A DNA stretch of 64,000 nucleotides from Candidatus Liptonbacteria bacterium (GTDB lineage Bacteria; Patescibacteriota; Minisyncoccia; UBA6257; 2-01-FULL-56-20), in NCBI GenBank assembly GCA_016194445.1, contig JACQBP010000035.1:4396-68395 (forward strand), given 5' to 3'. Numbering within the stretch: the stretch's first letter is position 1; every line of letters starts with the position of its first letter. Of the stretch, positions 16,837 to 25,836 are shown piece after piece. The position numbers were made by a program, and so were the translations under genes. A model generated the notes under the pieces. The model was not told the origin of the DNA. It saw only the letters and a list, made by a program, of their open reading frames with translations, and searched no databases.

Positions 16837-18552
16837 ATGCGATTACCAGTGCCGGCGGATCAACTTAAAAAAAAACTAGTTCAGGAGGGCTTGATTACGG
16901 CCGAGCGATTTGATGAAATTGCGGTGGATGCCGGGAGGAAGAACCAAGATTTTTTGGACTTAATTATTTCGCAAGGCGTGGCCGAGCAGGGTTACTTGAA
17001 CAATACGCTGGCGGCGCTTTTGGGAGTGCCGCTCGCGAATTTGGAAGAGCGAAAAGTTGATCCAGAGGTGGTGAAGGTACTTTCGGAGGATATTGCCCGA
17101 CAAAGAGAAGTGATTATTTTTGATCGGGAACCGGACGGCAGTTATGACGCGGCGATGGCTGATCCCAACAATCTCGAGACCATTAAGTTTTTATTCCAAC
17201 ATCTTCAGGCGAAAGTTAATCCTTTTTTTGCGAGTAACAGCGATTTGAATCGCGGGTTTGCCATTTACGGTTCTCAAAGCGCTAAAGATTTCAAGAAGTT
17301 AATCGAGGAAAATATTCAGCAGTCCTTAGCGGGCCAGGCGAAGACGATTGAAGAGGCGGCCTCGCTACTACCCATTGTTTCGATTGTGGAAAATCTTTTG
17401 TCTTACGCCATGGCTTCCAGGTCGTCGGATATTCACCTTGAAGTTTTGGAGGACGTGACTTTGGTGCGCTATCGCGTGGACGGCATTCTTTTTGAAATTA
17501 TGAGGATGCCGAAGGCGATTCATCCGGCACTCGTGGCTAGGATCAAGATTTTGTCCGGGTTAAAGATCGATGAGCATTTTCGGCCTCAAGACGGACGCTT
17601 TCATTATCAAATTGCCACTCAAATGATCGACGTAAGAGTTTCAATTTTGCCGACTTTCTATGGAGAGAAAATTGTGATGAGACTGCTTGAGGCGGCGCAG
17701 AAACCTTTGTCGCTTGAGGAATTGGGCATGCTACCGGAGACGGCCAAAGTGATTACGGAAAATTTGAAGAAAGCTTACGGAATGGTTTTGTCGGTGGGGC
17801 CAACGGGTTCAGGGAAAACCACGACCCTCTACGCCTTAATGGATATCTTGAATCGGCCAAACGTGAATATTGTTACCGTTGAGGATCCAATTGAATACAA
17901 CATGCGGTATGTGAATCAGACTCAAATCAACGTCCAAGCGGGGATTACTTTTGCCAATGGTCTGCGAGCCATCCTGCGACAAGATCCGAATATCATTATG
18001 GTCGGTGAGATTCGGGACGCAGAGACAGCGGGGATTGCGGTGCAGGCGGCCTTAACCGGACACTTGCTTTTGTCATCGCTTCACACCAATGACGCGCCGA
18101 CGGTGGTGCCCAGACTTTTTGATTTGGAAGTGCCGCCATTTTTGGTGGTTTCGGTTTTAAACGTGATTGTCGCCCAAAGGTTGGTCCGAAGAATTTGCCA
18201 TTCATGCATCTACTCTTATGAAGTTGGTCAGGAGGTGATGGGGATTATTCGCAGCCAGCTCGAGGAACTAAGTCTCGATCCGGCTAAAGTTAAGTTGCCC
18301 AAAAACTTTTTTAAAGGAAAAGGATGTCCGAGTTGCGGGATGACCGGCTACCGAGGGCGTTTAGGTATTTTTGAAGCGTTAGAGATTAACGAGCAGATAA
18401 AGAGAATCATCATCGGTCCGGATTTCACTTTAGAGAAGTTAAGGTTGGCAGCCCGAGAGCACGGTATGACAACCATGTTTGAAGATGGCTTGAAGAAAGT
18501 GGAACTGGCCATGACGACTTTGGATGAAGTGCTGCGGGTGATTAGGGAGTAA
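16837..18552 (+). CDS. pilB: type IV pilus assembly ATPase PilB/GspE
   Basis: Walker A GPTGSGKTTT, Asp/His boxes and a C-terminal CxxC...CxxC zinc finger. Confidence 0.9.
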   Translation: MRLPVPADQLKKKLVQEGLITAERFDEIAVDAGRKNQDFLDLIISQGVAEQGYLNNTLAALLGVPLANLEERKVDPEVVKVLSEDIARQREVIIFDREPDGSYDAAMADPNNLETIKFLFQHLQAKVNPFFASNSDLNRGFAIYGSQSAKDFKKLIEENIQQSLAGQAKTIEEAASLLPIVSIVENLLSYAMASRSSDIHLEVLEDVTLVRYRVDGILFEIMRMPKAIHPALVARIKILSGLKIDEHFRPQDGRFHYQIATQMIDVRVSILPTFYGEKIVMRLLEAAQKPLSLEELGMLPETAKVITENLKKAYGMVLSVGPTGSGKTTTLYALMDILNRPNVNIVTVEDPIEYNMRYVNQTQINVQAGITFANGLRAILRQDPNIIMVGEIRDAETAGIAVQAALTGHLLLSSLHTNDAPTVVPRLFDLEVPPFLVVSVLNVIVAQRLVRRICHSCIYSYEVGQEVMGIIRSQLEELSLDPAKVKLPKNFFKGKGCPSCGMTGYRGRLGIFEALEINEQIKRIIIGPDFTLEKLRLAAREHGMTTMFEDGLKKVELAMTTLDEVLRVIRE

Positions 18553-18617
18553 GTTTTAAGCAAACTCTACTTTCCTCAACCCGCTTCATTCCTCCAGCGA
18601 AGGACTCGCTTGTCCTC

Positions 18618-18669
18618 GCCGGCTTGCCGCTCGTAAAAACAGAAAACGAGCGGACCGTGCCAAGCCGGC
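18618..18669 (+). other. stable bipartite stem-loop between pilB and pilC
   Basis: GCCGGCTTG/CAAGCCGGC (9 bp) and CCGCTCGT/ACGAGCGG (8 bp) nested stems. Confidence 0.45.
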
Positions 18670-18746
18670 TCCGGGGGTTTCGGAAAGTAAAGTTTGCTTG
18701 GTTTGGGTGGTTAATATATGAAAAGTTGTTTATAATTATAGTAACA

Positions 18747-19958
18747 ATGCTTTTTCATTACCTTGCGGCGGATAAAAATGGGAAGATCACGGAGGGGGAT
18801 TTAGAAGTGGATAATTTCAACCAAGCTCTTCAGTACCTAGCCGGGAAGGAACTCCGGCCGATTTCGGTGAAGCCCATTAAAGAAGCCGGGGCGGGAGCGG
18901 CGCATCATCGGATTTTTGGCAACATCAATTTAACTGATAAAATTTTTTTGACCAGGTACCTGGCTCTCATGCTTCGAGTCGGGACGGATCTTTTATCGGC
19001 GATCGATATTTTGATCGCTGATTTTGATAAGCCGGCCATGAAAAGTTTTCTCTTGGAAGTGCGGGATAATCTAGGTCGAGGCCAGCCTTTCAACCAAACT
19101 TTTGCCCGCTACCCTAAAATTTTTTCACCGGTGTTTATCAGTCTCGTCAAAGCGGCGGAAGCTTCGGGTAATCTTCAGAAAACTTTTGAAGATGCGAGCG
19201 TGTCTTTGGAGAGGGAGGCGGCGCTCAAAAACAGCATTAAGTCGGCGATGATTTATCCGATTATACTTTTGGTCACATCGGTTATGATCTTTGTTTTTTT
19301 GGTAGCTTTTGCTTTGCCCAAAATCGCGAATATTTTTAATGAAAGCGGTATCCACCCGCCGCTTTTTTCGAAAGTAGTTTTTACAATCGGACTTTTTGTG
19401 CACGATCACGCTCTGGCTTTTGGAGGAGGAGCGGTGTTCGTGGTTGGTTTTGGAATTTATTTTTTCTTTAAAAATTCAGTCGGACACCGCTTGGCGCAAA
19501 GATTGTTTGCCCGTTTGCCGATCGTGCGGAAGGTTTATAAAGAACTGGCGGTCCAGCGATTTGCCGCGACCACCAGTTCGCTCATGAAAGCGGGTTTGCC
19601 GATTGTGCAGACTATTAATATCGCGGCTGATACAGTGAACGTGGAAGAGTTTAAGTTTAGTTTAAGGCGGATTAGCGAAGAGGGACTGGCCAAGGGGCTC
19701 ACGGTGAGCGAGGCTTTTAAGCGGGAGGTGGTTTTCCCGAAGCTAGTGACGAATTTGATAGCGGTTTCGGAGAAGGCGGGGCATTTAGAAGAAGTGCTCG
19801 AAACACTCGCGAACTTTTACGCCTCGCGGGTCGAGTCGGCGATCAAGTCGCTAGTTTCGATTTTGGAACCAGTGATGCTCCTCGCGATGGGAGTTTTGGT
19901 CGGGACAGTGGCCCTCTCGATTATCGTGCCGATTTATCAGCTCACTTCGCAGTTTTAG
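18747..19958 (+). CDS. pilC: type IV pilus platform protein PilC/GspF
   Basis: Two GspF repeats and three TM segments. Start moved to MLFHYLAADKNG because the upstream part of the ORF covers the structured intergenic region. Confidence 0.85.
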   Translation: MLFHYLAADKNGKITEGDLEVDNFNQALQYLAGKELRPISVKPIKEAGAGAAHHRIFGNINLTDKIFLTRYLALMLRVGTDLLSAIDILIADFDKPAMKSFLLEVRDNLGRGQPFNQTFARYPKIFSPVFISLVKAAEASGNLQKTFEDASVSLEREAALKNSIKSAMIYPIILLVTSVMIFVFLVAFALPKIANIFNESGIHPPLFSKVVFTIGLFVHDHALAFGGGAVFVVGFGIYFFFKNSVGHRLAQRLFARLPIVRKVYKELAVQRFAATTSSLMKAGLPIVQTINIAADTVNVEEFKFSLRRISEEGLAKGLTVSEAFKREVVFPKLVTNLIAVSEKAGHLEEVLETLANFYASRVESAIKSLVSILEPVMLLAMGVLVGTVALSIIVPIYQLTSQF

Positions 19959-20021
19959 GTGAGGTTAGGATTTTGGGGATTGGTGAGAGAGCGGGGCAGC
20001 GGTTATAATTAAAGAAAGGCA

Positions 20022-20639
20022 ATGCGGCACCTTTTTCGAGCGAGGAAAAAAAGGAGAGGTTTTACTTTGGTGGAGCTGCTCATCGTAGTGGCTTTAATGA
20101 CGATTATGACGGTGATTGTCGTGCCGAATCTGCTCTCTCGGAATATCCGCAAAGAATTTGACAGCACTGTGGACGACATCGTCGCGACTTTGAATCAAGC
20201 GAGGGATAACGCCATTACTTGGCAGAAGGGGACGGTCTGGGGGGTGTTTTTTGAGAGATACAATGTGAATAAAACCTGCGCATTTCATCAGCCACGGTTT
20301 GGTCTTTACTATACAAATGCCGGTTTTAATATTCAGGGTAATGGCGCTTTTAATGACTCAAGTAAGGTAACGCAAATTTACTATATACCCAAGTCGGTGG
20401 CTTTTAATGAGACATCGACATTTTCTGATTACGATGCAACTAAGTGTACTAACCAGAATTGTTTTTGCTTTGCGGTGATGCCGTTTAAAGAAATTACAGG
20501 CAGTTGGTGGAATCAACCCGCTGTGCCGCCAGCAACAACCACGGTTACACTTTATCTTCCAAAAAGCCCACAAGTTTCATCAACCATCACCATTTCGCCA
20601 AATGGGTTTATCAGTTACACCACTTCTTCGGCGCAATAA
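20022..20639 (+). CDS. prepilin-type (pseudopilin) protein
   Basis: RG|FTLVELLIVVALMTIM class III signal. Confidence 0.7.
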   Translation: MRHLFRARKKRRGFTLVELLIVVALMTIMTVIVVPNLLSRNIRKEFDSTVDDIVATLNQARDNAITWQKGTVWGVFFERYNVNKTCAFHQPRFGLYYTNAGFNIQGNGAFNDSSKVTQIYYIPKSVAFNETSTFSDYDATKCTNQNCFCFAVMPFKEITGSWWNQPAVPPATTTVTLYLPKSPQVSSTITISPNGFISYTTSSAQ

Positions 20640-20649
20640 CGACTAATGA

Positions 20650-20690
20650 CTTATAACTTACGACTAATAACTTATGACCAATAACTTATT
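20650..20690. repeat. CTTATAACTTACGACTAATAAC plus degenerate tandem TTATGACCAATAAC repeats
   Basis: Matches 15028..15049 and is followed by roughly 14-bp periodic AATAAC repeats. Confidence 0.5.
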
Positions 20691-20770
20691 AAGAAAAGGG
20701 CAGTCCCGGTGCTACCAAGTGGGACTTTTTTGCTTTTTGGAATTTGCTTACTAGAAATTGAAAATCTGTA

Positions 20771-21457
20771 ATGTTTAACTTAGAAACCATGTTGAATAAG
20801 AACCACTATCCCACTTGTAGCACCGGGCAGTCACTCATGGAACTGATTTTGGCGATGGCGATTGGAGTGGTTTTAGTAGGGGCGGCGATTGTGATTATCG
20901 CGCCAGCCTTAAAGATCGATACGACGACTAATCAAGTGAAAGTGGGGTCGGCTTTAGGGAGGGAACTGGTGGAAGATTTGCGGGTTTTTGCCGAGAGCGA
21001 TTGGCACAATATTGATACCTTAGCCACTGGCACCGCTAACCCTTATTATTTAGCGACCACAACGACGGGGGCGTTTTTTTCTACTCCTGGGGTACAGAGC
21101 GTAAGAGTGGGCACGACGACCTTTACCCGTTACTTTTATTTGACGGATGTTTGCCGGGAAGTGGGCGTTAGTACTGATTACGTGACGAGTACATTGCTCT
21201 GCGTGTTTCCACTTAAAGCTGATCCGGGGACGAAGGAGGCGACGGTGGTTTTTCAATGGCCGCAGAGCGCGACCAACACTTTTTCGACTTATTTTACCCG
21301 GTTTAAAAATAGAAATTACAGCCAGACGGACTGGTCACAGGGGCCCAATCAATACACGCCCGGTTCGAGTTCGTTCCAAGGATTTGGAACGTCTTCAAAT
21401 TTGGATTACTCGAGCACCACCGGTTCTTTTAGAATAATATTAGAAGCCAATCCATAA
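20771..21457 (+). CDS. pilin-like protein
   Basis: N-terminal TG|QSLMELILAMAIGVVLVGAAI prepilin-like hydrophobic segment. Confidence 0.5.
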   Translation: MFNLETMLNKNHYPTCSTGQSLMELILAMAIGVVLVGAAIVIIAPALKIDTTTNQVKVGSALGRELVEDLRVFAESDWHNIDTLATGTANPYYLATTTTGAFFSTPGVQSVRVGTTTFTRYFYLTDVCREVGVSTDYVTSTLLCVFPLKADPGTKEATVVFQWPQSATNTFSTYFTRFKNRNYSQTDWSQGPNQYTPGSSSFQGFGTSSNLDYSSTTGSFRIILEANP

Positions 21458-21458
21458 A

Positions 21459-22484
21459 ATGAGGAAAATTTTCAAACGAAATCAGATTTTTTTGGCGGTC
21501 GGTTTAGGTTTGGCTGCTTTTTCGATCCTTTTAGTTCGAGAGATTAGAGAGGCGCCGCGAGTTCGGGCGAGTAACATCACTAACATCTGTCCGGGAGACA
21601 GCAGTTGCTTGGGTTCGACTGATCACTGGGCGTGGAACGATATAGTGGGGTGGATAGATTTTTATAACCCACCCGGTGACCCCGGGGTGTTGGTTCAATC
21701 GAAAAGAGTGGTTGGTTGGGCCAGTTCGTCGGTGGGAGATCTTTCTTTGAACTGTGAAAATACAGGAAACTCATCTGGCAACGATTTTTGCAGTCAGAGT
21801 AACTACAAAGTTTATAATAATGGAGCGGGCTATCTTTCCGGCTGGGCTTGGAATGATGTGGTGGGCTGGATTAGTTTTTGCGGAGATCCGAATTCAATCT
21901 CAACCGATAAGTGTCCACAAGTTGCTCAAAAATATCAGGTGGTTCTCCTACCTTCTGGGACCGATGCTAACGGCAACGATTTGCCACCCAGTACTTTTAA
22001 CGGGTGGGCGTGGAATGACGCCGTGGGTTGGATTAGTTTTAACTGCCTTGATCCTGGGTTTTGCGGCACCTCTGATTACAAGGTGAAAACTGGCTGGTAC
22101 GCCACTTCAACTTACGGGGACGTTTATTCTTCGATTTTTGATACCGGAGTGACCGGAGGCGCGCAGTTTAATTCGATCACCGTGATTGGCGATATACCAT
22201 CCGGAACTAATTTTTTATTTCAATTAGCGACTACCTGCACGAATAGCGGGAGTAGTCCGCCGAGTTGCTCAAGTAATGATTGGAAATTTATAGGACCTGA
22301 CGGGACCACTAACACTTTTTATCAAGGGTCGGGTGTGGGGAGTTGCTCAACTTGCTACGTTAAGTTGGATTATCAGGTCCACAATAACGCCCGATACTTT
22401 CGCTACCGAGTGAGACTAAAGTCGGATAAAACGCAAAACATTACCCCGAGAGTGGACGATGTGATTGTGAATTGGAGTCCGTAG
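21459..22484 (+). CDS. secreted repeat protein with three GWAWNDxVGWIxF repeats (candidate pilus-associated adhesin)
   Basis: Signal anchor. Repeats are WAWNDIVGWIDF, WAWNDVVGWISF and WAWNDAVGWISF. Cys-rich, located inside the T4P cluster. Confidence 0.5.
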   Translation: MRKIFKRNQIFLAVGLGLAAFSILLVREIREAPRVRASNITNICPGDSSCLGSTDHWAWNDIVGWIDFYNPPGDPGVLVQSKRVVGWASSSVGDLSLNCENTGNSSGNDFCSQSNYKVYNNGAGYLSGWAWNDVVGWISFCGDPNSISTDKCPQVAQKYQVVLLPSGTDANGNDLPPSTFNGWAWNDAVGWISFNCLDPGFCGTSDYKVKTGWYATSTYGDVYSSIFDTGVTGGAQFNSITVIGDIPSGTNFLFQLATTCTNSGSSPPSCSSNDWKFIGPDGTTNTFYQGSGVGSCSTCYVKLDYQVHNNARYFRYRVRLKSDKTQNITPRVDDVIVNWSP

Positions 22485-22509
22485 AATTAGGTGATAGGTT
22501 GTAGGTTAT

Positions 22510-22518
22510 AGGGTATAA
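22510..22518 (+). promoter_or_regulatory. -10-like GGTATAAT box followed by AAAGGAG
   Basis: Lies between the inverted GTTGTAG copies and the CTACAAC tract. Confidence 0.3.
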
Positions 22519-22548
22519 TTATGAAAGGAGAAAGTTACTTTCTAAATA

Positions 22549-23124
22549 ATGCTTTTTCTACAACCTACAACCTACAACCTACAACATGTGCGAGGACAAG
22601 CGGCGTTGGCGCTCATTTTCCTGATCGGGGGGACGGTGGTGCTACTTGCGGCCACGCTGGCTTTTCTGATTTTTAACTTTATTAATTCCACCTACGGTTA
22701 TCAAGCCGTTAACAGGGCGCTCGGGGTAGCGATGGCGGGGGCGAATGACGCGTTAATTAAGCTAGTGAGAAATAGAGATTATAATAGTGGTGATATGAAC
22801 TCCAGCAATAAGTATTGGCTTGGTAATGGTGGTGCTCTTCTCGGTAGTTGTAGGTATTACCTTAGTGTTGAGAAAGACCGAGCTGAAATAGAGATACTTC
22901 GGCAAGACACTAATAATTATTGTACTCCCAGCAACGGCATTGTAGTAGCCAATATTCCAACTAATGAAGCATTTGTAAATGTTGAGGCGGCTGTTTCGGG
23001 GAGGAGAAGGAGGATAGAGATGGTAATTTCGATTAATCAAACAACGGGCGAGGTGAAGGTGGTTTACTTGAGGCAATTTTTGAGCGGTCAAGGAGGAGGC
23101 GTTTGTTATCCGTCCTGTAACTAA
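22549..23124 (+). CDS. pilin-like/pseudopilin protein with a 5' heptanucleotide repeat tract
   Basis: VRGQAALALIFLIGGTVVLLAATLAFLIF hydrophobic N-terminus. The codons for TTYNLQ are (CTACAAC)x4. Confidence 0.5.
   Translation: MLFLQPTTYNLQHVRGQAALALIFLIGGTVVLLAATLAFLIFNFINSTYGYQAVNRALGVAMAGANDALIKLVRNRDYNSGDMNSSNKYWLGNGGALLGSCRYYLSVEKDRAEIEILRQDTNNYCTPSNGIVVANIPTNEAFVNVEAAVSGRRRRIEMVISINQTTGEVKVVYLRQFLSGQGGGVCYPSCN
22558..22585 (+). repeat. (CTACAAC)x4 heptanucleotide tandem repeat inside the 5' end of the CDS
   Basis: Four perfect 7-nt units. Two inverted copies (GTTGTAGGTTaTAG) lie 46 bp upstream at 22497..22510. Confidence 0.8.
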
Positions 23125-23125
23125 A

Positions 23126-24643
23126 ATGTGGCTTAATAACTATTTAAACAAATTACTGGTTTTACTGCGAGCCCAGCCGCAGGTGGGAGGTTTGGAGATT
23201 GCTGACTCGGCTTTGCGTTTTGCCCGCTTTATCGGTCGGGAGTGGCAAATGGTGAGTTTAAGGTTGCCGCCGGGAGTTGTAAAGGCCGGCCAGGTGGCGG
23301 ATTACGGGCAACTAGTTTTAACCTTGAAGCAACTCAAAGGTCAATTACCTCACGCCGGGAGCGATCGTCAAAATATATCAGCGGTGGTTTGTTTGGGGTC
23401 CTTAAATGTTTACACGCAAGTGATGAGTTTGCCGGACATCGAAGAGAGTCGGTTGGATGAGGCAGTGCGGTTGAATATCCAGATGGTTTCGCCGGCGAAC
23501 GCGGCGGAGATTTATTCTGGCTGGCAAATAGTTGGTAAAAATGAAAGCGAAAGGAAGCTCGATATCCTAAGCGCTTTCGTGAATCGTTCGGTGGTAGATG
23601 AGATAAGCAAAGCGCTCAAAGAAGCCGGTTTTTTAGGAGTGGTTTTTGAGTCCCGGGCGATGGCGATAGCAAGATTGGTGAGAGAGAAAGCTGTGGGAAT
23701 CAACCAAGCTCGATCGCATTTGATTTTTATTTTGGACAACGACGTGTTTGATATTTTAGTGACGAGAGGCGGAGAACTTTATTTTGAATACTTGAATTAC
23801 TGGAAAGATTTAAGGGGGGAGAATAAATTAATTTCCCTTTTGGATTTTCGAAATATGGTGGTGAGTAACTTACGAAAAGTTTTTAACTTTTACAGTCAGC
23901 ATTGGTCGCAAGATATTGAAAATGTTATCCTCGTCGCCACGGGCTTAAACGATGAGATCAAAAAAATCGTTAAAGAAAACTTTTCTCTGGAAGCTAGGGA
24001 GTTGGAGATCAGTTTAGATCGGCCGGTGACTTCAGAGTGGTATAACGTTTTAGGCAGTGGGCTGCGAGGGATAAAAAGCCGAAAAGACGATCGGGAAATC
24101 AGTCTTTTCGTTACCAGCGCTCGAGACGAATTTAGAGAAGAGCAGGTGGTCAGTTTCATGAAATTTTGGCGACTATTGATTCCGGTGGCCTTAGGGTGGC
24201 TTTTGATTTTTTTCTTGGCGACTAATTTTATATTGATGAGGAAGGTCGGCACGCTTAAGTCTTCCGGCTTGATGTTTGATAGCGTAAAGTCGAAAGAGGT
24301 GGAAAATTTACAGAACGAAGCCAAGTTGTTTAATCGTTATCTGGGTTTAATCAGCGCTCGGCGGAGTTTGAATGGATCAAAAACATTGGCGCTTGAGAGA
24401 ATCAGCAAACTCATGAGTGATAATAACATTACCCCTGATCGGTTTAGTTTCCGGGATTTTAATTCCAGAATAGTGTTGCTCGGAGAAGCAAAAACGAACG
24501 CTCAAATCTTAGACTTTGAGAAAGCGCTCCAGACGGATCCTCAGATATCCCAGGTTGATTTGTCACTCACCGAGATCAAGCCCAGTCCTCAAGGTTTTTC
24601 TTTTTCGATTAGCTTCGCAATCATCCCTGGAAAAAGTGAGTAG
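23126..24643 (+). CDS. PilM-like actin-fold protein fused to a PilN-like TM/periplasmic segment
   Basis: N-terminal FtsA/PilM-like region, central TM helix (LLIPVALGWLLIFFLATNFIL) and a C-terminal coiled/periplasmic part. Confidence 0.55.
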   Translation: MWLNNYLNKLLVLLRAQPQVGGLEIADSALRFARFIGREWQMVSLRLPPGVVKAGQVADYGQLVLTLKQLKGQLPHAGSDRQNISAVVCLGSLNVYTQVMSLPDIEESRLDEAVRLNIQMVSPANAAEIYSGWQIVGKNESERKLDILSAFVNRSVVDEISKALKEAGFLGVVFESRAMAIARLVREKAVGINQARSHLIFILDNDVFDILVTRGGELYFEYLNYWKDLRGENKLISLLDFRNMVVSNLRKVFNFYSQHWSQDIENVILVATGLNDEIKKIVKENFSLEARELEISLDRPVTSEWYNVLGSGLRGIKSRKDDREISLFVTSARDEFREEQVVSFMKFWRLLIPVALGWLLIFFLATNFILMRKVGTLKSSGLMFDSVKSKEVENLQNEAKLFNRYLGLISARRSLNGSKTLALERISKLMSDNNITPDRFSFRDFNSRIVLLGEAKTNAQILDFEKALQTDPQISQVDLSLTEIKPSPQGFSFSISFAIIPGKSE

Positions 24644-25149
24644 ATCCGTTTTTTGTCATCGGCTTTGATTTTACTCAGAACGAATTTTCCAGCCTTGATT
24701 CTAGATAGAGAGGAGGCGGATAGACTTAAGGTTGACTTCGGTTCAGGCGGACGGATGCCAATCCGGAGCCGCCAAACCTCTTTGGTTTTTAAGGAGTCAA
24801 AAATTGACTGAACGCCTTTATGGCCAGCCGCTCCTCGGTGGTGAGAAAGTTTAGATGATCCGATCGCAAGATCACTGTCATCATGAATAACTAAGACTTC
24901 TGGTAAAGAAACTTTAAAAATTTTTAGGGTTTCTTTCACGGCGGGGCCGGATTGGTTCATAAAGGTCGCAGTTTTCACAAAAATAAGGTTGCTCGCTTTG
25001 GAGTAAGTGGACTTTTTTGAAGGCAGAGTTTTAAATCTGGCACTTTTTAGTTCTTTCGACAAGTAGTCGACAGCGGCGTGGCCGACATTGTGGTAAGTAT
25101 CTTGGTATTCTTCGCCCGGATTGCCGAGGCCGATAATTAACTTGAACAT
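24589..25149 (-). CDS. pth: peptidyl-tRNA hydrolase
   Basis: MFKLIIGLGNPGEEYQDTYHNVGH. Confidence 0.88.
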   Translation of the reverse strand: MFKLIIGLGNPGEEYQDTYHNVGHAAVDYLSKELKSARFKTLPSKKSTYSKASNLIFVKTATFMNQSGPAVKETLKIFKVSLPEVLVIHDDSDLAIGSSKLSHHRGAAGHKGVQSIFDSLKTKEVWRLRIGIRPPEPKSTLSLSASSLSRIKAGKFVLSKIKADDKKRIYSLFPGMIAKLIEKEKP

Positions 25150-25267
25150 GTCATAGTGAGGTTCCCCTTGATCGGGATTGATTTTTATTATAGAATAACG
25201 CCAATAGATTAAATTGTAAAAGTTGGCCTGGGGAGGCCAGTTTTTAAACCTTCGATTAGATTGAATA

Positions 25268-25825
25268 ATGAGGAAATTTTTCTCTTCTTTTTTAGAAGTT
25301 TTAGAGGTAGCACTCGTAGCGGTGGTGTCAGTTTTTTTGATTAGAACCTTCTTGGTGCAGCCTTTTTTGGTGAGTGGAGAGAGTATGGCGCCGAATTTTT
25401 CTAATGGTGACTACCTACTAGTGGATGAACTCACGTATCGATTGAGACCGCCAGAGAGGGGAGAGGTGATAGTTTTTCGTTACCCCAACGACGAGTCCAC
25501 TTATTTTATTAAACGGCTGGTGGGTCTGCCGGGAGAGACGGTTCAGGTTAAAGATGGAAAGGTGACTATTTTTAATAAGCTCAATCCGGATGGGCTTTCG
25601 CTTCAAGAGGCGTATTTGCCGCCAGGAACCAAAACGAATAGCCAGGGCGAGTTGACGAAACTGGGGAGCAAGGAGTATTTTGTTTTAGGCGATAATCGGT
25701 CGGCTAGTTTTGACTCTAGGAGCTGGGGGGTTTTGAAGGAAAAAGAATTAGTGGGACTAGCAAGGTTTCGACTGTGGCCAGTAAATGATTTTCGAGCTTT
25801 CGCGGCGCCAAATTATTCAAAGTAA
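25268..25825 (+). CDS. lepB: signal peptidase I
   Basis: GESMAPNF (catalytic Ser), KRLVGLPGE (Lys) and GDNRSASFDSR. Confidence 0.85.
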   Translation: MRKFFSSFLEVLEVALVAVVSVFLIRTFLVQPFLVSGESMAPNFSNGDYLLVDELTYRLRPPERGEVIVFRYPNDESTYFIKRLVGLPGETVQVKDGKVTIFNKLNPDGLSLQEAYLPPGTKTNSQGELTKLGSKEYFVLGDNRSASFDSRSWGVLKEKELVGLARFRLWPVNDFRAFAAPNYSK

Positions 25826-25836
25826 ATTTTTTAAAA

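Noticed and set aside
22558-22585. CRISPR array
   Set aside because: The unit is only 7 nt with no spacers, and no other direct-repeat arrays occur anywhere in the window.
22493-22588. Invertible promoter switch (inverted repeats flanking a -10 box and RBS)
   Set aside because: The spacer is only about 46 bp. That is too short for recombinase-mediated inversion, and no dedicated invertase is adjacent. Slipped-strand variation or an RNA hairpin explains it better.
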